Part shown: positions 55,251 to 64,000 of the stretch, in pieces
Layout: every line of letters begins with the position of its first letter
Numbering within the stretch: the first letter of the stretch is position 1
Assembly: GCF_000372725.1 (NCBI RefSeq)
Contig: NW_005201144.1
Span: forward strand, 124,001 to 188,000
Direction: 5' to 3'
Source: Emiliania huxleyi CCMP1516
Lineage: Eukaryota
Length of the DNA stretch: 64,000 bases
Notes under the pieces: generated by a model
Told to the model about the DNA's origin: nothing
Seen by the model: the letters and a program-made list of their open reading frames with translations, nothing else
The model's database searches: none
Program-made: the position numbers and the translations under genes

Positions 55251-58200
55251 ATGTCGTCGACGGACAAGCTGGTGATTCCGGCCTACAAACAGAGCTCCGA
55301 GCGGGAGTTCAACGAGTGGTTCCGCAACCTGCGGACCGCGGCGAAGCAACACAAGTACCTCCTCGACATCATCGAGGTGGGCACCATCCGGCCGGGCGCG
55401 GAGCGCGAGGCCGAGGCGGTCGCGCTGCACGTGCGCTACAAGAACATCGGCACTGCGGACGGCCTCATCCCGGCCATCGACAAGTACTTCGGGGACCTGG
55501 CGGTGACTCTGTCGCGCCAACTCTACGGTGCGCTGCAGAACGCCGTCAAGGACGACGACACGCTCGCCGAGATGTTGGCGGACGAGGACGCCGACCACTA
55601 CGACGACATCAAGAAGGGCATCGCGGCGATCAAGTCGCTCATCGAGTCGGAGGACACGAACTCCAAGAACGTGCGCACGAAGGCGCTGCGCGCGGATCTC
55701 GAGAAGGCGTACTCCCCCGACGCTCTCAAGGACCTCACGTCCGCGAGCCTCGCCAAGTTCAAGACGGGCATCGAGCAGGCGAACAAGTTGCTCAAGGACT
55801 CCCAGTGGCACCTCCCCGACGAGGTGATCGAGGAATACATCCTCGACGCGATCGCCGCCAAGGGGGCCACGCTCGGCGCAAACATGCGCGTGCAGATCGG
55901 CATACAGCGCCAACTCGCCGCGCAATCGGGCAAGACGTACGGCCTCAAGGCGTCCACGCTCGCGATGCAGGGCATCCTCGACCAAGACAACGCGGACCGC
56001 GCCAACGAGGCCAAGGCGGCTGCGCAGGCGGCGTTCGAGGCGGAGATTGCCTCGCAAGGCGTGCTCAAGGAGAAGCTCGCGGCCGCCGAGTCCCAGGTCG
56101 CCGCTCTCCAGGCGCAGATCAAGTCCGACAAGGGCGGCGGGGACCGCGGCGGCCGCGCAGCCGCTGGGCGCAAGCCGTGCCCCCACTGCAATGGGTTGCA
56201 CAGTGGCAAGTGCATCGGCGACCTCATCTGCAAGGGGGTCCCTGTCGCCAAGGTGCTCGAGGAACTCCCCGACCGCATCGACCACGAGACGAAGGTGCGC
56301 ATGGCCCAGTCCTCGTACAAGAAGGTGTGCGCCAAGTCCCCCGGCCGCACCCTCCCGCACGACCCCTTCAAGAAGTCGGACTCCACCGCGACCGACCACG
56401 AGGAGGTGCGGGCGGCGCTGGCCGACTCTGTCACCCGCACGTTCGACCCGGACGGCATCGTCGGCGGCTTTGTCGCTGGCGTCGGCACCGACCAGGTCGA
56501 GGACACCTTCCCCGACTCCAACCCCACCGACACGCCCGCCATCCTCAAGGCCAAGACGGCGGCGCGCAATGCGGCGGAGGCACGGGCGCGCGGCGGGCTG
56601 TGGGTCAAGTTCACCTCGTTCGTCACCGCGCTGCCTCGCCCGTACATCGGCGCTTCCATCCTACTCGTCCTGCTCGCGTGCCTCATCCCGGTCTACATGG
56701 GCTCGCCTGCCTCGATCGGCACGCCTGTGGCCGACGCCGTGGACGAGCCCTCGAACATGGGCGTGATGGTCGAGTCCGTCACCGCACTACCCCTCGAGCT
56801 GTCCACCGGGCCGGCGACTGGCTCAGGTGGCGGAGCAGAGTACGCCATCGAGGAGGACCCGCTCCAGCCGATCTACCGCAAGGTCGCGGGCGACATGTTC
56901 CGCGCGGTGAATGACATCGACGTGCCCAAGACGGTCCCGCTCGTCCTCTCGTACACGTGCATCATGCTCGCCATGTACGTGGCGCGCATGGACGCGATGC
57001 AGGCACACGCGCTTGTCGGGCATGTCAAGGTCGTCGACGCGTACGACACGACCGCCGGTGTGAACATGCCGGGATCGTATGCCGCTGGCGTCGACTCCAA
57101 GGCGGGCATGAACATGTTCCCGACGCCCGACTACTTCCCTCACGGGTGGCGCGAGCCCGAGAAGCCCATCTACATCCGCTGCGCAAACAACGACTACCTC
57201 AAGGCGAAGGGCGTCGGCACCGCGTACGCCTTCGCGCTGGCTGACCCGACCAAGCCGCAGGACACCAAGGTTGTGAACACCGAGTGGGTGAACGCGCTGT
57301 ACGCGCCCGGACTCGCCATGCCTCTCGTCAGCGTCAAGGAGTGCAAGGCGCAGAACATCGTGGTCCGCTTCGACCTCTGCCCACCACGCTTCAACTACCC
57401 CTCCGGGCAGACCATCTACTTCGGGGAGGACTTCAACATCCACCTGATGCCGCTCGGCGCATCCGTCGGCGCCAACGCCGCCAAGGCCATCGTGCGCGGC
57501 AAGCCGGGGCGGCGCCCGACGGATGGCACCTTCTGGCGGCACGCCCTGTGCATCTCCGGCGACGCGCTAAAGGACCTCAGCAAGATCGCGGACGGCGTGC
57601 CAGACCTCTCCAAGATGGATCGCAACGAGGGCCTCGACGACGCCGCGCTGCAGGCGAACGCCAAGTACCACGCGCGGCGCAGCACCGGCCGGCCACTGGC
57701 CACTCGCTTCGGGGGCTCGTCGCACTACGACCTCTGGTCGCCCAAGGGTGTGGTAGGCGTCGATGGACACTGCTACGCACTCATGGTCGTCGACGAGCAC
57801 ACCAGCACCATCACGCCGTACATCCTGCAGACCAAGGGCCAGACGCCTGCCTACCTGCGCAAGTACTTCGCCGAGAACGAGGGAAAGGACGGCCACACGT
57901 TCCGCGGAGGAGTTGCGTTCTGCGACAACGAGGTCGTCCTCAACTCCAGCGCCGTGCGCGAGCTCTGCCTCAAGTACGGCATCACCCTCCGCAACAGCTG
58001 CCCCTACGAGCCGTGGCAGAATGGGGCGTGCGAGCGTGCGAACGCTACCTGCGGCAGGATCGTGCGGGAGATGATGGCACGCGCAGGGGGGCATGGCGCC
58101 GCCCAGCTCTACCAGTACTGGGGCTACGCCTGGGTGTACGCGGCCACCATCGCCAACGCCACCTTCGCCGTGCGCGACACCGGCAAGTCAGCGTACGAGC

Positions 58201-60104
58201 TCAAGACCGGGCAGCGCCCCAAGATGAACATGTTCTACCCGTGGGCGTGCAAGATGATCGTCAAGTCGCCCTCCCACCTTGTGGCGAACGGTGTCTCACC
58301 CACGGGCGAGATGGCGGCCTTCCTCGGCATCTCGCGCACTTCGCCCGGCTGGAAGTACGTCATCACCGAGGGTCCGCGCAAGGGGCACATCGGCACCACC
58401 ACGCAGGCGACATTCTGCGTCAACGAGCTCTGGAACGGCATCGAGTACCGTGCTCCTACCTCCGACCTCACCCCGACGGACATCGAGGGCGCGTGGCCGG
58501 AGCCTGTGACCGCGGACGAGACGCCCGACGAGTCGGACAAGGCTACGCTCGACAACAACGTGACCCGCGGCGACTCCGTCTTCCTCCCCACCACCGACAA
58601 CCACGCCGGGGGGCTGACCCTCGACGAGGAGGTGGTGATCATGCCAGACCCGGCCAACGACGGCAACGTCAACCCGCCCGCAGCGGGTGCGCCTGCGCCG
58701 CGCACCACCCGCAGCCGCGGCGGCGTCTCGACGGGCGAGTACAACAACATGCTCAACGCCCGCCTCGCCGCCAATGCCACGCCCTTCGGCATCTGGGCGG
58801 CTGCGGCGGCCGCATCCCCATCGTCGTCGGTCTACCGCAACACCACGGACCAGTGCGTCGCGTACATGTCGAGCGTGGACGGCCAGATCATGCCCATGCC
58901 GGACAACATCGTGCCCAAGCACTACAAGGACATCGCCAACATCCGCGACCCCAAGCTGCGCGACGCGTGGTACAAGGCGTATGACACCGAGTTCCTCGGC
59001 CTCATCCAGAACGGCACGCTCAAGCCCATGCGCCGCCCCGCCAAGGTGCGCGTCCTCCCGCTGAAGGAGATCGCCTCCCGGAAGTCCGACGGCCGGTGCA
59101 AGTGGCGCGGCTGTGTCATGGGCAACCTGATGCGGCCCGGCGTCGACTTCACCAAGACCTTCGCGAGCGTCGTCCGCTACGGCACGACCCGCACCGTGCT
59201 CAACGTGGCCGCGCAGGAGGACATGGAACTCATCACGTGCGACCAGCCCATGGCGTACACCTGGGCGGAGCGCGGGGAGGGCGAGACCTGGTACTGCGAG
59301 ATGCCGAAGGGGCTCAAGGGCAAGCCCGAGTACTGCTACATCGACCCCATCACCGGCGAGGAGAAGGACATGGTGTGCGAGGTCGGCAACCTCTACGGCG
59401 CACCGTCCGCAGGTAACGCTTGGTGGAACCACGTCAAGTCCATCAACAAGGCGTTTCCTGGGCTCGTTCAGTCCGAGGCGGACCCGAGCTGCTTCGTCCT
59501 CACCCGCAACAGCACGAAACTCATCGTCGTCATCTACGTGGACGACTTCGGCATCTTCCACTCCGGGACCACCGCTGGCAGGGCGCTCGCGCACGAGTAC
59601 ATCGAGCACTTCAACAAGCACGTCGGCAAGCCGCTCAAGGTCCACGAGGGAAAGGTGCACGAGTTCCTCGGGCTCAACATCACCAAGACGCAGACCGGTT
59701 TCAAGCTGTCTGCCAGCAAGTACATCGACACGCTGCGCGCGCGCTTCTTCCCGTCAGGCGTCACGCACGCGGGCTACAAGGTGCCCGCGGACAAGGACCT
59801 CCCGTCCATCGTCATCAGTGCAGCCGAGAAGAAGACCGCGCCCGACCCGCAGCTCCTCCAGCGCTGCCAGTGCCTCATCGGCAGCCTCATGTTCGCCACC
59901 AACGCGCGCCCCGACATCCAGTACACCGTCTCGCAGCTGGCGCGCTGCATGGCTTGGCCTGACGCGAACATCGAGGCCGCCGCCGAGCGCTGCCTCATCT
60001 ACCTCATCGGCACGCAGGACCTCGGCCTCCACTACGAGCGCGTCGCCGACCCCAAGCTCTTCGGCTGCTCCGACGCGAACTGGTGCACCCGCCAGAGCAC
60101 CTCC
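55251..60104 (+). CDS. Ty1/Copia Gag-Pol polyprotein (Gag-PR-IN-RT, truncated at the start of RNase H)
   Basis: CPHCNGLHSGKC knuckle, VDSKA protease, integrase HYDL/CDN/QNGACER, RT YVDD, RPDI and SDANW, in Copia domain order. Confidence 0.95.
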
Positions 60105-60389
60105 TGTTGAAGACCGACGACCGCGCAGCCGTCTAGTCTACGGCCACACACACACACATAGTGTCCTTACCACCCCTGGACTGCATCTGCGCAGTTTCGT
60201 ACCGCTGCGGCGCGGTTTTGCAAAAACCGTTCTGCAGCGGCGCGGTTTTGCCCTTCACCCGCAGCCTGGATTGATAGTCATTGTGGGTGTGGGGGCCGCG
60301 GGCCAGGACTTTTGTTTGAACAAAGTTTTGACAGTACATTTCTGTCGGGCCTTGGAACAGCTTGTGAGTGGTCACTGAAGACCTTCACA
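60105..60389 (+). repeat. Copia LTR inserted within the RNase H coding sequence
   Basis: Appears identical to 54923-55207. No PPT upstream; followed by a PBS. Confidence 0.95.
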
Positions 60390-60452
60390 GTTGGTGGCGG
60401 CGGGGCAACGATCCCCGAGACATTACCCTACCTGCACGGTACCGAATCCGAC

Positions 60453-61213
60453 ATGTCGTCGACGGACAAGCTGGTGATTCCGGCCTACAAACAGAGCTCC
60501 GAGCGGGAGTTCAACGAGTGGTTCCGCAACCTGCGGACCGCGGCGAAGCAACACAAGTACCTCCTCGACATCATCGAGGTGGGCACCATCCGGCCGGGCG
60601 CGGAGCGCGAGGCCGAGGCGGTCGCGCTGCACGTGCGCTACAAGAACATCGGCACTGCGGACGGCCTCATCCCGGCCATGATCGACAAGTTCTTCAAGGA
60701 CCTGTCGGTGACTCTGTCGCGCCAACTCTACGGTGCGCTGCAGAACGCCGTCAAGGACGACGACACGCTGGCCGAGATGTTGGCGGACGAGGACGCCGAC
60801 CACTACGACGACATCAAGAAGGGCATCGCGGCGATCAAGTCGCTCATCGAGTCGGAGGACACGAACTCCAAGAACGTGCGCACGAAGGCGCTGCGCGCGG
60901 ATCTCGAGAAGGCGTACTCCCCCGACGCTCTCAAGGACCTCACGTCCGCGAGCCTCGCCAAGTTCAAGACGGGCATCGAGCAGGCGAACAAGTTGCTCAA
61001 GGACTCCCAGTGGCACCTCCCCGACGAGGTGATCGAGGAATACATCCTCGACGCGATCGCCGCCAAGGGGGCCACGCTCGGCGCAAACATGCGCGTGCAG
61101 ATCGGCGTGCAGCGCCAACTCGCCGCGCAATCGGGCAAGACGTACGGCCTCAAGGCGTCCACGCTCGCGATGCAGGGCATCCTCGACCAAGACAACGCGG
61201 ACCGCGCCAACGA
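60453..61213 (+). pseudogene. Truncated Copia gag (variant leader)
   Basis: Matches 55251-56008, then fuses to an inverted gag start. Confidence 0.9.
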
Positions 61214-61268
61214 CGTCGACGACATGTTGTCGTAATGTCCCGGGGATCGTTGCCCCGCCGCTACCAAC

Positions 61269-62678
61269 TGTGAAGGTCTTCAGTGACCACTCACAAGCTG
61301 TTCCAAAGACTGACAGAAATGTACTGTCAAAACTTTGTTCAAACAAATGTCCTGGCCCGCGGCCCCCACACCCACAATGACTATCAATCCACGGCTGCGG
61401 GTGAAGGGCAAAACCGCGCCGCTGCAGAACGGTTTTTGCAAAACCGCGCCGCAGCGGTACGAAACTGCGCAGATGCAGTCCCTGGGTGGTAAGGACACTA
61501 TGTGTGTGTGTGTGGCCGTCGACTAGACGGCTGCGCGGTCGTCGGTCTTCAACAGCCCCCCATCCTCGCATCGGGTAGCGAGGCTGAGGATCTGAAGAAG
61601 CTAGACGACTCCTGCATCTCCTACTATCGCGCGAACAATTGCGCAGCCTCCTCAAGGGTGGAGGACTAAAAGTGACTCGGGGAGCTCCAGGAGCGCCCAT
61701 ACTGCCGGTTGTCGACTACATTTGATGAAGGGGAAGTCGGCGTTTCCCCTCTGCGCCGTCCTAGGCGGTGTCGTTCATGATCTCCTTGCGGAACGACTCG
61801 AACTCCTTGCGCGGGAGCGGCTTGGTGAAGAAGTCGGCGAAGTTCTTAGGCTCGCGGACGTGAGGTCCTTGAGAGCGTCGGGGGAGTACGCCTTCTCGAG
61901 ATCCGCGCGCAGCGTCTTCGTGCGCACGTTCTTGGAGTTCGTGTCCTCCGACTCGATGAGCGACTTGATCGCCGCGATGCCCTTCTTGATGTCGTCGTAG
62001 TGGTCGGCGTCCTCGTCCGCCAACATCTCGGCCAGCGTGTCGTCGTCCTTGACGGCGTTCTGCAGCGCACCGTAGAGTTGGCGCGACAGAGTCACCGCCA
62101 GGTCCCCGAAGTACTTGTCGATGATGGCCGGGATGAGGCCGTCCGCAGTGCCGATGTTCTTGTAGCGCACGTGCAGCGCGACCGCCTCGGCCTCGCGCTC
62201 CGCGCCCGGCCGGATGGTGCCCACCTCGATGATGTCGAGGAGGTACTTGTGTTGCTTTGCCGCGGTCCGCAGGTTGCGGAACCACTCGTTGAACTCCCGC
62301 TCGGAGCTCTGTTTGTAGGCCGGAATCACCAGCTTGTCCGTCGACGACATGTTGTCGTAATGTCCCGGGGATCGTTGCCCCGCCGCCACCAACTGTGAAG
62401 GTCTTCAGTGACCACTCACAAGCTGTTCCAAGGCCCGACAGAAATGTACCGTCAAAACTTTGTTCAAACAAAAGTCCTGGCCCGCGGCCCCCACACCCAC
62501 AATGACTATCAATCCAGGCTGCGGGTGAAGGGCAAAACCGCGCCGCTGCAGAACGGTTTTTGCAAAACCGCGCCGCAGCGGTACGAAACTGCGCAGATGC
62601 AGTCCAGGGGTGGTAAGGACACTATGTGTGTGTGTGTGGCCGTAGACTAGACGGCTGCGCGGTCGTCGGTCTTCAACA
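61269..62678 (-). mobile_element. Internally deleted Copia unit: LTR (62678-62394), PBS, partial gag, RNase H tail, 3' UTR, PPT, LTR (61554-61269)
   Basis: gag fused to NFADFFTKPLPRKEFESFR* at 61848/61847. PPT GAGGATGGGGGGC abuts the LTR at 61554. Confidence 0.9.
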
Positions 62679-62935
62679 CCTTTTCGAGGTCCGCGCGCAG
62701 CGCCTTCATGCGCACGTTCTTGGAGTTCGTGTCCTCCGACTCGATGAGCGACTTGATCGCCGCGATGCCCTTCTTGATGTCGTCGTAGTGGTCGGCGTCC
62801 TCGTCCGCCAACATCTCGGCCAGCGTGTCGTCGCCCTTGACGGCGTTCTGCAGCGCACCGTAGAGTTGGCGCGACAGAGTCACCGCCAGGTCCCCGAAGT
62901 ACTTGTCGATGATGGCCGGGATGAGGCCGTCCGCA
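62679..62935 (-). pseudogene. Copia gag fragment joined directly to an LTR start
   Basis: ADGLIPAIIDKYFGD..ADLEK. Confidence 0.88.
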
Positions 62936-62942
62936 ATGGCCA

Positions 62943-63452
62943 ATGCCGACGTTCTTGTGGAGCGCCACGTCGCTGTTGCAGCAGACGCTGCCGGGCGCGT
63001 ACGGCGTGTGCGCAGACGACGAGACGGCGCTCATCGACGACGAGGCGTTCAACGTGGAGGCGCACGAGGCGCTCGAGTCGGCCGTCCAGGCGCTCGGGTA
63101 CTACACGTGCGCGGTCAAGGAGGCGCGCAAGTCGCTCATGCCCGCCGAGCCGCTGCTGCAGCTCATCGAGAAGCTCGAGGTGGCGCAGGCGCGCGTCAAC
63201 GCGCTCACGGCCAAGACGATCGAGGCGGCACGCGCGGCGGCGGCTGCGCCGCACGCGGCGGCTGCGCCGCGCGCGGCGGCTGCGCCGCCGGCTGCGCCAG
63301 CGGCGCCAGCACGCGCCGCGCGCTCGCCTTCGAATGGGCGCACGCCTGACGCCCCGGCGGCGGCATCTCCAGCGGCGTCTGGCTCGCGCTTGACGCGCAG
63401 CTCGCCAGCTGCATCCGACAAGGCGCTCGGCAAGCGGAAGGCACGCAAGTAG
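62943..63452 (+). CDS. Hypothetical protein, possibly the 3' part of a gene disrupted by the Copia nest
   Basis: Coding-like composition and basic C-terminus LGKRKARK; begins right at the nest boundary. Confidence 0.4.
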   Translation: MPTFLWSATSLLQQTLPGAYGVCADDETALIDDEAFNVEAHEALESAVQALGYYTCAVKEARKSLMPAEPLLQLIEKLEVAQARVNALTAKTIEAARAAAAAPHAAAAPRAAAAPPAAPAAPARAARSPSNGRTPDAPAAASPAASGSRLTRSSPAASDKALGKRKARK

Positions 63453-63668
63453 AGACCTGTGTAGCTTCCTCTTTTCTCTTATAACCTTCCTTTTCCTTTC
63501 CCATCCCTTCCCGGCCTCCGGCCGGCGCCTGCGGCGCCAATCTTTTTTTTCTTTTTCTCGCAACACTGTAAAAAAAATGCCTTATTCGCCACGCTCTCAC
63601 CCCCACGCGCGGAGTGTCGCCAGTACGCTCCCGCCAGCCCTCCTGCTGCCGGCCAGCCCAAACGCCCA

Positions 63669-64000
63669 ATGTTCCACAAGAAGCGCTCCCGGGTCAACGC
63701 GCTGCACGAAGGAACTCAGGCCGTCCTCGCCGAGCTCAAGGCGAGCCAGGTCCCTCCGCAGCTCCGCCCCACGAGCTCCTCCGCGCAACAGCAGCTGCGC
63801 CACCCGCACGACCACCCGCTCGTGGCGGAGTACAGCCTCTTCCGCTCGTGCGTGCTCTTCATCGTGTGCGTCGCCTTCGCCTTTGGCCTCGCCGCCCTCG
63901 CCGTGCTCCTCTTCCACGAGGAGAGCGGCCTGGCGTCGCCGCGCTTCTGGTGGCTCTCGCTGACCGCCACCAACGCCGCGCTGCTGCTCTACTCGCTCTG
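63669..64000 (+). CDS. 5' end of a membrane protein gene (runs off window)
   Basis: MFHKKRSRV..SCVLFIVCVAFAFGLAALAVLLF..FWWLSLTATNAALLLYSL, open to the window end. Confidence 0.55.
   Translation, partial: MFHKKRSRVNALHEGTQAVLAELKASQVPPQLRPTSSSAQQQLRHPHDHPLVAEYSLFRSCVLFIVCVAFAFGLAALAVLLFHEESGLASPRFWWLSLTATNAALLLYSL

Noticed and set aside
58296..59660. Long antisense ORFs over Copia pol and other genes
   Set aside because: These are shadow ORFs expected from high GC and strong codon bias; they contain no motifs.
54923..60389. Intact full-length LTR retrotransposon bounded by two LTRs
   Set aside because: The second LTR interrupts RNase H, has no PPT, is followed by PBS and gag, and there is no TSD pair.

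Overview
GC-rich eukaryotic genomic DNA with intron-containing genes, several apparent GC-AG introns and two 100-N assembly gaps. Gene content and intron style suggest a haptophyte such as Emiliania/Gephyrocapsa huxleyi, but this is inference. About 18 host genes are recognisable: PAN plus pentapeptide protein, two intronless F-box/RCC1 paralogues, a lysyl-endopeptidase-like S1 protease, DnaJ-TM, HDAC-Tudor, a secreted SOD-like protein, an EXD3/Mut-7-like exonuclease, a Zn-finger NUDIX protein, a metallophosphoesterase, YbaK and several hypotheticals. They are interleaved with a dense mobilome. The most notable features are: (1) a ~9.7 kb nest (53.3-62.9 kb) of one Ty1/Copia family with five LTRs, four of them joined directly to the element's own coding sequence, whose polyprotein has hydrophobic, possibly membrane-spanning segments between Gag and protease and lacks the integrase HHCC zinc finger; (2) two ORF1-only retroelements with TSDs and simple-repeat tails, one topping a stack of three insertions at the same GTTATTATCA target; (3) a ~230-nt highly structured SINE-like RNA family without a tRNA head; and (4) several MITE, hAT-like and foldback elements. 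All protein calls rest on motifs recognised by eye; no database searches were run.
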